A stretch of 64,000 nucleotides of DNA from the NCBI GenBank assembly GCA_963699755.1, contig CAVOVB010000011.1, positions 29,788 through 93,787 of the forward strand. Reading direction: 5' to 3'. The first letter of the stretch is position 1. Every line of letters begins with the position of its first letter. The translations under genes and the position numbers were made by a program. This document shows positions 11,411-22,060 of this stretch, one piece after another. The DNA comes from an uncultured delta proteobacterium. GTDB lineage: Bacteria; Myxococcota_A; Polyangia; Polyangiales; Houyiibacteriaceae. Below the pieces are notes generated by a model. The model did not search any database. It was not told the DNA's origin and saw only the letters and a program-made list of their open reading frames with translations.

Positions 11411-12193
11411 GTGATCGACGATCTTCGACCGGAACGACTTGGCGAGTTGATCGAGGGTGACTGGGGTCGGTCCTTGACCGTGCAGGAGTGCACCGACTCG
11501 ACGATGGACGACGCCTCCAGGGCAGCGGCCCAGGGTGCGCCGGATGGGCATGTCATCCTTGCCGACCAGCAGCGTCGCGGAAGGGGAGCGCACGGACGAG
11601 AGTGGGTTTCGCCGCCGGGCACCGACCTCTACTTCTCAGTGGTCGCGCGCCCACTGGTCGAGCCCTCTGCAACTGCCCTCGTCACACTTGCCACGGGGCT
11701 CGGGGTGCGCGACGCAGTTGCGAGCTGCCTGCCCGGCCGCGCGGTCCACGTGAAGTGGCCCAACGACATCTGGGTCGATCGTCGCAAGTGCGCTGGCATT
11801 TTGGTGGAAAGCCGCACCCTTGGAACGCGCATTGATTCGGTCATCATCGGTGTAGGCTTGAACGTGAACCGCATGCAATGGCCGACCGAGCTGGATGGCG
11901 CGGCAACTTCGCTACGGAGCGAAACTGTGGGCGCAGAACCGCTCGACCGTGCCGAAGTCTTGGCCGCCCTGCTCTTTCGCATGGAGCGCTGGGTGAAGCG
12001 CCTCGTCATCGATGGCGCATCGGTCGTCGTCGACGCCCTCCGGCCGAGCCTTGCATTGGTTGGCGAACGAATTCGCTGGGAGGATGGGGAGGGCGTGTTC
12101 GATGGCATCGATCGGGATGGCGCCGCGCGTGTGCGGACGCATGCTGGCCTCCGATCTCTTCATGCGGCACATATCGAGCCCCTCGAAGGCTGA
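11411..12193 (+). CDS. birA: biotin-protein ligase (no N-terminal HTH)
   Basis: QRRGRG..GREWVSP, KWPNDI, KCAGILVE. Confidence 0.93.
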   Translation: MIDDLRPERLGELIEGDWGRSLTVQECTDSTMDDASRAAAQGAPDGHVILADQQRRGRGAHGREWVSPPGTDLYFSVVARPLVEPSATALVTLATGLGVRDAVASCLPGRAVHVKWPNDIWVDRRKCAGILVESRTLGTRIDSVIIGVGLNVNRMQWPTELDGAATSLRSETVGAEPLDRAEVLAALLFRMERWVKRLVIDGASVVVDALRPSLALVGERIRWEDGEGVFDGIDRDGAARVRTHAGLRSLHAAHIEPLEG

Positions 12194-12237
12194 GCCCTGC
12201 GCTTGCCTATGCCCGGCTCGCGCACCAAAACTCGCCG

Positions 12238-13164
12238 ATGACCCATGCAAACGAGCTCGACTGGTTGCAACGCTCCGTCGGGGCTCTCGCTCTAGAGGAG
12301 CGGGCGATCCTGTCAGTCGCAGGGGACGACGCACGCGGCTGGTTGCAAGGGCAGGTCAGCAACCAACTCGAAGGGGTCGAGCCCGGGGGCTCGGTCTATG
12401 CCTTCGTACTCACCTTGAAGGGCCGAATCTTGGCCGATGTGTACGTGCTCGTTCGCGAGGACGAGCTCTGGGTAGATGTCCCAGCCGCGCAGGTCGACGC
12501 GCTGCTCGAGCGCTTCGACCGATACATCATCATGGAAGACGTCGATATCGAACACCGCAAGGACCTGCACCTCCTCACGGCGCAAGGTCCGCGCGCGGCC
12601 GAGCTCGGCAACGGCGGATGGCCGGCGGATCGACTTGGCGTCGGAGGTCGGCAATGGGTCGTCAGTGATCAAGATTTCGAGTCGGAGCTTGGGAACCTAG
12701 TCGCGCGCAGTCACGAGTTGGACGGCGGCGCCGTGAGCAGAGCGACCTGGGCGCAAGCGCATGTCATTCGCGGACGCCCCCGCTTTGGCGTCGATTTCGG
12801 CGAGTGGACCTACCCCCAGGAAAGCGGCCTGAACCCGCTCGCCGTTTCGTTCCAGAAGGGTTGCTACATCGGGCAGGAGACGGTCGTGATGCTCGAGAAC
12901 CGGGGAAAAGCCCCCAAGGTCCTCTGGCGCTGGGCTATCGAGGGCTCGGAGGCCCCCGCGGCCAAGTCGCCCATCACGATGGACGACACCATCGTGGGGG
13001 AAATCACCTCGGCCGCCTCCGCTGCTCAGGGTGTGCTGGCCCTTGGTTTTCTCAAGCGTGGGTACGAGTCGGCAGGTCCCGAAGGCTTTGCGATCGCGGG
13101 CTTCGCGGCGCGAGCGCTCGGGCCGGTCCAAACAGGCCCTGGCGTTTGCCCCGCGGCAGCATGA
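12238..13164 (+). CDS. ygfZ: folate-binding Fe-S repair protein YgfZ (GcvT family)
   Basis: KGCYIGQE signature. Confidence 0.9.
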   Translation: MTHANELDWLQRSVGALALEERAILSVAGDDARGWLQGQVSNQLEGVEPGGSVYAFVLTLKGRILADVYVLVREDELWVDVPAAQVDALLERFDRYIIMEDVDIEHRKDLHLLTAQGPRAAELGNGGWPADRLGVGGRQWVVSDQDFESELGNLVARSHELDGGAVSRATWAQAHVIRGRPRFGVDFGEWTYPQESGLNPLAVSFQKGCYIGQETVVMLENRGKAPKVLWRWAIEGSEAPAAKSPITMDDTIVGEITSAASAAQGVLALGFLKRGYESAGPEGFAIAGFAARALGPVQTGPGVCPAAA

Positions 13165-13230
13165 CCTTACGGAAGCGCCGAGCTGGCGCGATTGCACCCC
13201 TGACCTTATAGTGCGGGGCAAAGGAGCACC

Positions 13231-13554
13231 ATGCTAACCCTCACCCCCCGCGCCGCAGACAAAGTCAAAGAAATCCGAGACGCCGAAGGGCTTGCCGAAC
13301 AAGGGCTTCGCGTACGGGTCATCGGTGGTGGTTGTGCTGGGTTTTCGTATGATTTGTTCTTTGAGGATGAAACCTCCGACCTGGATCAGACCTTCACCTC
13401 GCACGGGATTTCCATTTACGTGGATATGATGAGCGCGCAGTACGTCGAAGGCACCGAGATCGACTACGTAGAGGGCCTGCAGGGCGCTGGATTCAAGTTC
13501 CAAAACCCGCAGGCTAGCCAGACCTGCGGCTGTGGTTCCAGTTTTTCCACCTGA
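13231..13554 (+). CDS. erpA: A-type Fe-S carrier (ErpA/IscA)
   Basis: GGGCAGFSY and TCGCGSSF. Confidence 0.9.
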   Translation: MLTLTPRAADKVKEIRDAEGLAEQGLRVRVIGGGCAGFSYDLFFEDETSDLDQTFTSHGISIYVDMMSAQYVEGTEIDYVEGLQGAGFKFQNPQASQTCGCGSSFST

Positions 13555-13731
13555 TTCCTCTGCAATTTCAACATGCTGTGATGCTTGAGCGACTTTTGCT
13601 CAAAATTGTTCTTGCGTCTGTCGCATTCTTGTCTAAGTATTGTCTTGTTTTCATGGACGCAATCTAGACAACGCTCTTCCTCCTAGACAGTGACGTAACG
13701 TAACGGTAGGGAGCGCATATAGGACATCATC

Positions 13732-14568
13732 ATGCAGTCATCCGCATCACTCGACCGATACATCCAGCAAGTTCGGGCCATCCCCAAGCTGACCCGCGAA
13801 GACGAGCACGAGTTGGCCGTGCAGTGCCGTCAAGGGAACCAGGAGGCCGCCGATGCCCTGGTCGAGGCCAACCTTCGTTATGTGGTTGCGATCGCCCTTC
13901 AGTATCGACGCTACGGCGTGGCGCTCGGTGACTTGATCGCTGAAGGGAGCGTCGGCCTGGTGACGGCGGTTCGGAAGTTCGATCCGGATCGTGGCACACG
14001 GTTCGTGACGTACGCCGGCTATTGGATTCGCGCGTTCGTGCTCGAAGCAGTCGTTCGCTCGAGCACGATGATCGGCGCCGGCTCGGGGCCTTTCCGTTCG
14101 AAGCTGTTTTTCCGGCTTCGACGTGAGCGTGCGCGGCTCTCGAACCTGATTGCCGATCCGCAGGAGCTGATCGAGACGCTCGCGGTCGATTTCGAAACTA
14201 CCCCGGCCAAGATGACGGAGTTGCTCCGCCGCCTCGACCAGCGCGAGGTTTCGCTCGACGCGCCTGCCTATCACGACTCGGATGCGACCCTCGTCGAGGT
14301 CCTGCCTGGCTCCACGGAGCCGCAAGATGACGTCGTCGCACGACAACGACGACAGAGTGGCATCCAGATGCGCCTTGCAGGGGCGCTTTCGTTGCTCGAT
14401 GACCGCGAGCGGCTCATCGTCGAAAAGCGAATCCTGAGCGACAATTCGGCGTCCCTCGCCTCCCTCGGCCGCGAGCTAGGTGTGAGTCGGGAACGCGCAC
14501 GGCAACTGGAGGCACGGGCGAAGAAAAAGCTTGCCGATGAGCTCAGGGACCTGGCCCCCGCTGCCTGA
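13732..14568 (+). CDS. RpoH/sigma32-like sigma factor
   Basis: ANLRYVV, FVTYAGYWIRA, RpoH-box-like KLFFRLR, SRERARQLEARA. Confidence 0.88.
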   Translation: MQSSASLDRYIQQVRAIPKLTREDEHELAVQCRQGNQEAADALVEANLRYVVAIALQYRRYGVALGDLIAEGSVGLVTAVRKFDPDRGTRFVTYAGYWIRAFVLEAVVRSSTMIGAGSGPFRSKLFFRLRRERARLSNLIADPQELIETLAVDFETTPAKMTELLRRLDQREVSLDAPAYHDSDATLVEVLPGSTEPQDDVVARQRRQSGIQMRLAGALSLLDDRERLIVEKRILSDNSASLASLGRELGVSRERARQLEARAKKKLADELRDLAPAA

Positions 14569-14651
14569 CCTACCTGCTCAAATGTAGGGTGTTCGCTCAC
14601 CCAATGAGGCCAATGCGATTTTCGCAGAGCCAGAGTAGCATGTAGGTCACG

Positions 14652-17600
14652 ATGGTGTTCGAGGACGGGGACAGCACGGTATTGCGCCGCGAGGCGACGC
14701 AGGCGTTGGAACAAGACGATCTCGTCGACGAACCAGACGTTGCCCTGCCCCCTGCCATCCCAGTCCCCCGAGCGCCCCGCGCGCCAGAAAAGGCTGCGCT
14801 CTCCGAGGCGGATCGCAGCCGGCGCGCGCGCGACTGGATCGGAGAATGCGAACGAGAGCTACGCGAGCAACCCGACGTGCGGCGCGCGGCCCGCCTCTAC
14901 TTCGAAATGGGACGCAGCTGCGAAGGTTCGCTCAAAGATGCGCGACGCGCACTCGAGTACTACCAGGCGGCACTGGAGCGCGCACCAGACTATGTGCCGG
15001 CGATTCGCGCCACCCGCCGCCTCCTGCTCGGCGCACGTATGTTCAAGGAGGCACTACCGCTCTTCGACGCCGAGGCGCGAATCACCAGGCAGCCGAGCGA
15101 CAAAGCGACCCTGTTCTTGCTGAAGGGGCGACTGCTGGAGGACGTGCTCGGCAATCGCGATGCCGCAGAGCAGGCGTACCATACGGCCCGCGCATTGGAT
15201 CGTTCGCATGCAGCGATTCTGCGAGCCACCGAGCAGCGCGCATTCGCCAGGCAAGCCTGGCCGGATGTCGATCGTAATCTCGCCGAGCTGGCCAACGCTG
15301 CGGCATCGGACGACAGGCATCGAGCCGCTTTGATCATCCGTCGGGCCCAGCTGCTCGAAAGCCGGCAGCAACGTCCGGAACAAGCGGCCGAGCTTTACGA
15401 GACGGCCTTGCAGCTGGACCCCAACGCCGTCATCGCGTTGCAAGCGCTAAAACGACTCTACTATGGGCAACGTCGCTGGCGCGACCTCATTCGGACGCTC
15501 GAAGCCGAGGCTCAGTGGGCGACCGAACCGTCCCTAAAGGCCTCTTCGCTATACCGCGCGGCACGCATTCACGCCGAGCTGCTTGGAAATCGCGACGGAG
15601 CAATCCAAGCCCTAGAGCAGGCCCGAAGTTTACAGCCGGACGATCCGTTGATCCTGGGCGAGCTCGCGAGGCACTACGAGTCCGGGCAGCACCTCGAGGC
15701 GCTGGTCGAAACCCTCGAAGCCCTGACCAAAGCAACCGATGATCAAACGGAGAAGCTCACCTTCACCCAACGCATTGCACGGCTGTACGAAGAGGAGCTC
15801 CGCGACGTCGATCAGGCCATCACCTGGCATGAACGCGCGGTGGAGCTCGACCCTACTTCACTTTCGAGCCTGCAGGCCTTGAGCTTGCTCTACCGGATTC
15901 GCGGCGCCTGGCCAAAGCTGATCGACATGTGTCTTCGCGAGGCGCGCTACACGACCGACGCCGAACGGCGAGCCGACTCCCATGCACGCGCCGCGGAGAT
16001 CTACGAGACCCGGCTCAATGCGATCGACGATGCCATCGAGCACTATCAGCGCGCCCTCAACGCAACGCCTGACCACCCCACCGCGTTCAAGGCGCTGGCA
16101 CGGTTGCTTTCCGACGTGCACAAGCCCAAGGAGCTGATCCAGCTGTATGAGAACGCCTTGGATCGCGCCAGCGGGTCGCGAGCGGTCTCATACCTGCTCA
16201 AGATTGGGCAGATCTACGAGGATTCGCTCGGAGAGCCCGCGCTGGCCGCTCAGACTTACAAGCGCGTCCTGCAGCAGGACCCGGCGCACCTCTTGGCGGT
16301 TCAGGCTTGGCAACGTTCGGCCGCCCGTGCGCATCGGCCCCGGGAGCTCCTGGAGGCGCTCGACTACGAGATCGAGCTGACCGTCGAGCGCGATCGTTTG
16401 GTTGCGCTCTTGCACCGAGCCGGAGAGCTGCTCAATGAGCACCTAGACGACCGGGACGAAGCCATCACCCGCTACCGCCGAGCGCTCGAGAAGGACCCGC
16501 GTCACGTTCCGACGCTTTCGAGCCTCGGACGCCTCTACTACGCCGCCGGCCGCTGGAACGACCTGCTGGATGTCTATGGCCAAGAGCTCAGGCTGACGTC
16601 CAGCAAGCACCGAAGGGTGGCCCTTTTGCAGAAGATGGCCGAGATCTCCCGCGACCGGCTCGGAAGCGACGAGGACGCGCTCCGGTATCACCGCGAGGCG
16701 GTCAGGGTCGACCCGTCGCATGCTCCTTCACTTCAGGAGCTGGCGCGTCAGCTCCGCGAACGCGGCGATTGGTCCGACTTGGTCGACGTGCTGGAGCTCC
16801 AGCTTCACCACTCGAGTGCCGTTCGTATTCGAGCGCGTGCAGCGTTCTTGCTCGGTCAGGTCTACGAGGAGCACCTCGCGGATCGAACGAAGGCAATGAC
16901 GGCCTACGAGGCCGCAATCGCGGCAGACGCGAACTATCGGCCCGCGGTCGATGCTCTGGCACGGGTGCGAGCCGAAGAGCACGACTGGACCCATCTGCTG
17001 TCTGATCTCGAACGCGAGCTCAAGCTCACCGAGGAGTCACCACGACGCGTCGCCCTATTTGCGCGAAAGGCACAAGTCTTGGAGCGCCAAGACAAGCACC
17101 GCCAAGCGATTCAGGCTTGGGAACAGGTGCTTGCAATCGACCCGAAGCATCTCGGAGCCCTATTGGCACTCGAGCAACTGTATCGGCAAGTCGGCGCGTG
17201 GCAGTCTCTATGCGGCGTGTATTCGGCGCAAGCCGAGGTGCTCGAAGATCCAAGCGGCAGAGTTTCCGCCCTCTACGAGCTTGCCCGGCTCCTAGAGCAC
17301 CAGGGACTCGGAGAGTACGATGATGTCATTGGAGCGTATCGACGGGTCCTCGAGGTCGCGCCTTCGGACTTGGGCGCCTTGCTCGAGCTAGAGCGCTTGG
17401 CCGCGGGTCGCTGGGATTCGGAGCTTCTCCGCGAAGTCGACTCCCTGGGCGCACGCTCTGCGCAGGATCCAGCCGTCGCGGCGGCCCATCGCACTCGCCT
17501 GGCTGAGCTGGTCGAGGGCGAAGAGGATACCCAAGCGATCGAGCAGTTCCGCGCAGCGTCCATGGCTGACCCATACCACATCGGCGCAGCCCGAGGGCTG

Positions 17601-19724
17601 ACCCGCGTGGCGGAGGAAACCGACGACCCAACCGCGCTGGTCGACGCACTCCACCGGGAAGCCGAAGCCGAACGTGACCCAAAAGCCTCTTCGGACCTCT
17701 ATGTGCAGAGCGCGTTGGTCCGCCTGGAACGCATTGGAGACCACGACGGCGCCAGACGCGACTTCGAGCGGGCGCTCGAGCTTTGGCCGGATTCCTCCAA
17801 GGCCGCAGAAGGGCTCGTCGACGTACTCACCATCGACGCCGCCTGGTCTTCGCTGGTGGACCGGCTTTCCCAAGCGGCTTCGGGCGCGCGATCCGTCGAC
17901 CGAGCGAGTGCGCTCTGGCTGGTGGTGGCGCGTGTCCAGAGCGAGGAGCTAGGCGAGCTTCCGGCTGCCATCCGCACACTGCAACGCGTGCTGAAAGTGC
18001 AGCCCCGAAACCTCGACGCACTACATCGGCTCGCGGAGCATTTAGAGTCGAATCAGTCCTGGCACGAAGCGGCGGCAACAATGGAACAACTCCTCGCCGC
18101 TGCGCCTGGGAATGGCCAATTACGAAGAGTGCTGCTCGATCTCGCGCGGCTCTATCGCGAGCGTTTGAACATGCCTGACAAGGCGCTGCGTCATGTCGAA
18201 TTCGCCTTGGCGGCCGAGCCCGAAAACCCGGCAGCACTTCAAGAGCTTTCCCTGATTCACGAGGCGCTTGGGCATCTCCCGGAGGCATTGGCTGTGACCC
18301 GCCACCTGCTCGACGTAAGCGAGGGACAGGTGCGAGGAGACGCGCTCGTTCGTCTAGGGCAGCTCGAGTACGCCACCGGAGACCCGGAAAATGCCAAGCT
18401 CGCTCTCCAGCGGGCGGTCGTCCTCGAAGGGCCCAGTAGTGATGCGGCTCGGACGCTCGAATCCTTGTGCGAAAGCCCGAACGACTGGCGGGCCTACGCG
18501 AACGCATTGCAGGAACATCAGGCCGAGGATGAGCGCGGCAGCGTGACCACCACTCTCGAGGTCGCCCGCGTGCTATCGGATTACTGCCGTGATGAGCTAG
18601 CGGCTATCGATGCGCTTCGAGGCGGGCTCGATGAAGGCGCCGCGAACGCGGACCTTCGGCGCGAGCTCGCGGTACGACTTCGCGCGCGAGGCGCCAACGC
18701 GGCAGCGGTCGAGCAACTCCAAGCGGTGCTCGCACAGGAGCCGATGCGCGAGGAAATCTGGCGCGAGCTTGCGCTGACCTATCAAACCGAAGGTCGCCCG
18801 AGGGAGGCGCGAATCGCGAGCCTGCCACTCCTTCAAATGGGCGTGGCCGACGAACGTGACCTTGCACGGATCTCGGCTGTCGAGCCCTGGCCGGCTAAGG
18901 TTCGTCCTCTGTCGCTTCGCGGGCCTGTCTTGGATCAACTAGGCACGCCCCGCGCCGAGGATGCTGCAGCGGGCGCGCTCCTGGCCGCGCTTAGCCCGAC
19001 GCTCGCTAAGCTATACCCGCCTGACCTCCAAAGTTATGGCCTTGCGACACGCGACCGCCTCCCCACCGAAGCCAATCATCCGCTTCGAGATGTGGCGAAC
19101 AGCCTCTCGTCGGCGCTCGACATCCGTAACTTCGATTTGTTCCTGCACCGAGTGCGAAACCGCGGCATCACCATCGAGTTCGGCGCCCACCCTGCGGTGC
19201 TCGTGCCAGCAACCATCATGGAAAGGGATGCGCAGACGCAAACGTTCATGCTGGCGCAGCCGATGACGCAGATCGCTCGCGGCTATCATGCGATCGACAA
19301 GCTCACGCCCCGCGAGCTCGATGTTCTCTTGGCCTCGGCGGCCCGGATCGTGAAACCGGACTTCGGCATGGGCCTGACGAGCGAAGAGTTTCTGAACGAA
19401 CAAACGCGACGTTTGCAAAGAGCGATTCCGCGACGAGACCGAAAGCTCGTGCGTGACGCCGCCCTGGCCTACTCGCAGGCCAAGCGCGTCAAGTTCGACC
19501 GCTGGGTTCATGCCGCCCAAAGGACCGCGATCCGCGCGGCCATGTTGCTCTGCGACGACCTTGACCCATTGGTTCAGGAAGTCCGGAGCCGCATCGCTCC
19601 GGAGCGAGAAGCCGAGGGCGAGACTTTCGACAAACATCCCACTTACATCTATGCGCTGAAGTTTTGGGCATCCCCAGCAGCGATGTTCTTGCGCGAGCAC
19701 ATGGGGATGATTCCTCCTCGCTGA
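14652..19724 (+). CDS. very large tetratricopeptide repeat protein
   Basis: 1690 aa of repeated A...Y..AL..DP....A...L..L units. Confidence 0.88.
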   Translation: MVFEDGDSTVLRREATQALEQDDLVDEPDVALPPAIPVPRAPRAPEKAALSEADRSRRARDWIGECERELREQPDVRRAARLYFEMGRSCEGSLKDARRALEYYQAALERAPDYVPAIRATRRLLLGARMFKEALPLFDAEARITRQPSDKATLFLLKGRLLEDVLGNRDAAEQAYHTARALDRSHAAILRATEQRAFARQAWPDVDRNLAELANAAASDDRHRAALIIRRAQLLESRQQRPEQAAELYETALQLDPNAVIALQALKRLYYGQRRWRDLIRTLEAEAQWATEPSLKASSLYRAARIHAELLGNRDGAIQALEQARSLQPDDPLILGELARHYESGQHLEALVETLEALTKATDDQTEKLTFTQRIARLYEEELRDVDQAITWHERAVELDPTSLSSLQALSLLYRIRGAWPKLIDMCLREARYTTDAERRADSHARAAEIYETRLNAIDDAIEHYQRALNATPDHPTAFKALARLLSDVHKPKELIQLYENALDRASGSRAVSYLLKIGQIYEDSLGEPALAAQTYKRVLQQDPAHLLAVQAWQRSAARAHRPRELLEALDYEIELTVERDRLVALLHRAGELLNEHLDDRDEAITRYRRALEKDPRHVPTLSSLGRLYYAAGRWNDLLDVYGQELRLTSSKHRRVALLQKMAEISRDRLGSDEDALRYHREAVRVDPSHAPSLQELARQLRERGDWSDLVDVLELQLHHSSAVRIRARAAFLLGQVYEEHLADRTKAMTAYEAAIAADANYRPAVDALARVRAEEHDWTHLLSDLERELKLTEESPRRVALFARKAQVLERQDKHRQAIQAWEQVLAIDPKHLGALLALEQLYRQVGAWQSLCGVYSAQAEVLEDPSGRVSALYELARLLEHQGLGEYDDVIGAYRRVLEVAPSDLGALLELERLAAGRWDSELLREVDSLGARSAQDPAVAAAHRTRLAELVEGEEDTQAIEQFRAASMADPYHIGAARGLTRVAEETDDPTALVDALHREAEAERDPKASSDLYVQSALVRLERIGDHDGARRDFERALELWPDSSKAAEGLVDVLTIDAAWSSLVDRLSQAASGARSVDRASALWLVVARVQSEELGELPAAIRTLQRVLKVQPRNLDALHRLAEHLESNQSWHEAAATMEQLLAAAPGNGQLRRVLLDLARLYRERLNMPDKALRHVEFALAAEPENPAALQELSLIHEALGHLPEALAVTRHLLDVSEGQVRGDALVRLGQLEYATGDPENAKLALQRAVVLEGPSSDAARTLESLCESPNDWRAYANALQEHQAEDERGSVTTTLEVARVLSDYCRDELAAIDALRGGLDEGAANADLRRELAVRLRARGANAAAVEQLQAVLAQEPMREEIWRELALTYQTEGRPREARIASLPLLQMGVADERDLARISAVEPWPAKVRPLSLRGPVLDQLGTPRAEDAAAGALLAALSPTLAKLYPPDLQSYGLATRDRLPTEANHPLRDVANSLSSALDIRNFDLFLHRVRNRGITIEFGAHPAVLVPATIMERDAQTQTFMLAQPMTQIARGYHAIDKLTPRELDVLLASAARIVKPDFGMGLTSEEFLNEQTRRLQRAIPRRDRKLVRDAALAYSQAKRVKFDRWVHAAQRTAIRAAMLLCDDLDPLVQEVRSRIAPEREAEGETFDKHPTYIYALKFWASPAAMFLREHMGMIPPR

Positions 19725-19740
19725 TTGTGCAGCGACTCGG

Positions 19741-20295
19741 TCAGATGCTGTCGTGGGTGTGCCGATCGATCCGATAGACGAGCCAGCCAAAGGCGAGCCC
19801 GATCGTCAAGAGCATGACGAGCCCTGAGTAGAAGGCCGGGCTCGCGAAGAAGGGAGTGAGGCCATAAACACGATTGAATTGCCGGTAGGAACCGACTAGG
19901 GAGAGCCGGTTCCAGCCGAGCGGCCATACGGTCAACGCAACGAAGAGGACGCCGGCCGCGATCCGACGGGCGGCGGTGTCACGCGAAGCTCGACAGAGGG
20001 CCGCGCCGATTCGAAAGCCGAGGAAGGCCGCGCCGAGCAGGAGCACGGCGCCGAGCAAGCACCAGAACAACGGCGCTCCGGCTGTGTCGACCGAGTAGAA
20101 GAGAAACCAGTCCCCGTGAAATAGGTAGAAGTAAACGACGGTTGGCAAGAGGACCAGCGCGACGAAGAGCGCGTAGGCGAGGAAGGTCTCCATGCGCCAG
20201 ACGGGGTCCGGGCTATCTCGAACCTCGTCGCGACCGGCATAGGCAGAAAACGCCCCGGTGGCGATAGCGATGAGCAGCAGGAAAAGTAGAGGCAA
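19741..20295 (-). CDS. hypothetical membrane protein
   Basis: 184-aa ORF with about 5 hydrophobic segments. Confidence 0.7.
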   Translation of the reverse strand: MPLLFLLLIAIATGAFSAYAGRDEVRDSPDPVWRMETFLAYALFVALVLLPTVVYFYLFHGDWFLFYSVDTAGAPLFWCLLGAVLLLGAAFLGFRIGAALCRASRDTAARRIAAGVLFVALTVWPLGWNRLSLVGSYRQFNRVYGLTPFFASPAFYSGLVMLLTIGLAFGWLVYRIDRHTHDSI

Positions 20296-20365
20296 AGTGG
20301 TCCCCGCTGAAAGGCTACGTCCCCGGTTCGTGGACGGTCAACCAATCGAGCACCATAGTCAGGGG

Positions 20366-21685
20366 ATGCGGAAGGCTGCCGGGGTCGGTTTGCTGGGCTT
20401 TGTCGCCGCTTTGGTTGCGGAGACTCATGCGTCCGCCGACAGCCTCAGTCAGCTCACCGGGCCCTTTGCGACCGCATTGCGAGACGGTAGCTACCTAGGC
20501 GCATTGGGACTGGTCTTTTTAGCAGGGCTAGCCACCTCACTGACCCCCTGCGTGTATCCGATGATCGCCATCACCGTCAGCGTATTTGGCGCGAGGCAGG
20601 CTGAGAGCCGCGCTAGGGCGGCCCTTCTCTCGAGCGCATTCGTTCTGGGCATTGCGGCGCTCTTCACGCCGCTCGGGGTGCTTTCTGCGTTGACCGGAAA
20701 CGCGTTTGGAAGCGCCTTGGCGAGCCCCTGGGTAGTTGGGGCGCTGTCGGCCTTGTTCGCTGTGATGGCGTCGAGCATGTTTGGCTTGTTCGACCTCGCC
20801 TTGCCCACGGCGCTGCAGAACCGGCTCGCACAGGTTGGAGGCTTCGGGGCGCGCGGCGCATTCGTCCTCGGCTTCGCCAACGGGCTCATTGCAGCCCCTT
20901 GCACTGGGCCGGTGCTCGCCGTCTTGCTCACATGGGTGGCCACCACGGGGAACGTAGCGTTCGGCGCTCTTTCTCTGTTCGTCTACGCGATTGGCATCGG
21001 CGTGTTGTTCTGGTTCGTTGGAACCTTCGCGATCACGTTGCCAAAGTCGGGTCGCTGGGTCGAATGGACCAAAAGCGCGTTCGGCATCGCCATGCTTGCC
21101 CTAGCGTTCTACTACTTGCGTGGGGTCTTGCCCTACCCGCGTCCGGCCGTACGCGATGAGACCTGGCTCGCTGTGGCCCTCGGTCTCCTGCTTGGGGGCG
21201 TCATAGTTGGCGCGATTCACCTTTCGTTCAAGAGCGGTGACTGGGGAGCGCGTGTTCGAAAGGCGATCGGTGTGACCGCGTGCGTGGCGGGCGTGCTTGG
21301 CATCGTTGCCTGGGCGGAGGCGCTGCCACCGGGCACGCACATCCACTGGATCGAGAGCTTCGATGTCGGCAAGGCACGGGCGGTCGCCGAAGAGAGGCCG
21401 ATGCTCGTGGACTTCGGCGCCGACTGGTGTGGGGCGTGCCAGGAGCTCGAACGAGACGTTCTGAGTGACCCCCGAGTCGTGTCTCAGGCGCAGCGGTTCG
21501 TGACGGTCAAGGTCGATCTGAGCACCGACCAAGCCACAGACGAAAAATGGGCGCTGCTCAAGGCTTACGAGCAGCCCGGACTGCCCCTGGTGGTCCTTCA
21601 TCACAGCGATGGCTCGGAGGCCTCGCGCATCACCGGATTGGTAGAGAGTGACGTGTTTCTGAAACTGATGGATGCTGTTCGCTGA
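20366..21685 (+). CDS. dsbD: DsbD-family thiol:disulfide interchange protein (TM domain plus thioredoxin)
   Basis: LTPCVYPMI, APCTGP, ADWCGAC. Confidence 0.9.
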   Translation: MRKAAGVGLLGFVAALVAETHASADSLSQLTGPFATALRDGSYLGALGLVFLAGLATSLTPCVYPMIAITVSVFGARQAESRARAALLSSAFVLGIAALFTPLGVLSALTGNAFGSALASPWVVGALSALFAVMASSMFGLFDLALPTALQNRLAQVGGFGARGAFVLGFANGLIAAPCTGPVLAVLLTWVATTGNVAFGALSLFVYAIGIGVLFWFVGTFAITLPKSGRWVEWTKSAFGIAMLALAFYYLRGVLPYPRPAVRDETWLAVALGLLLGGVIVGAIHLSFKSGDWGARVRKAIGVTACVAGVLGIVAWAEALPPGTHIHWIESFDVGKARAVAEERPMLVDFGADWCGACQELERDVLSDPRVVSQAQRFVTVKVDLSTDQATDEKWALLKAYEQPGLPLVVLHHSDGSEASRITGLVESDVFLKLMDAVR

Positions 21686-21727
21686 CCATCAGTCGGCCGT
21701 GCTAGCCTCCGCGCAGGAGTATTGCGG

Positions 21728-22048
21728 ATGAGTATGATCACCATTACGAGACGCGAGATGCTTGGCCACTCCGTGCGCCTCGCCCTGATAGGCTCGGCGC
21801 CAGCGCTGCTCAACGCCTGTAAGAAACCAGAGCTTCATTGCGACGACCTGAGCGGCCTCAGCGAAGAGGATTCGAAGTTGCGGTTGGCGCTCAACTACCA
21901 AGACGTCTCCCCCCACGGCGACAACAAGAACTGTGCGAGCTGCTCGTTCTATCGCCCGGGCAAGAAGAACGAATGTGGACAATGCACCCTGGTCAAAGGC
22001 CCCATCCACCCGCAGGGATATTGCGACTCCTGGGCGGCAAAGCTCTGA
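21728..22048 (+). CDS. high-potential iron-sulfur protein (HiPIP), Tat-exported lipoprotein
   Basis: TRREML Tat motif, LNAC lipobox, CASC...C...GYCDSW; start uncertain. Confidence 0.85.
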   Translation: MSMITITRREMLGHSVRLALIGSAPALLNACKKPELHCDDLSGLSEEDSKLRLALNYQDVSPHGDNKNCASCSFYRPGKKNECGQCTLVKGPIHPQGYCDSWAAKL

Positions 22049-22060
22049 CTCCGGCACGAC

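Noticed and set aside
14652..19724. Giant TPR protein as a novel system
   Set aside because: Such proteins are common in myxobacteria and no catalytic domain or unusual partner is visible.
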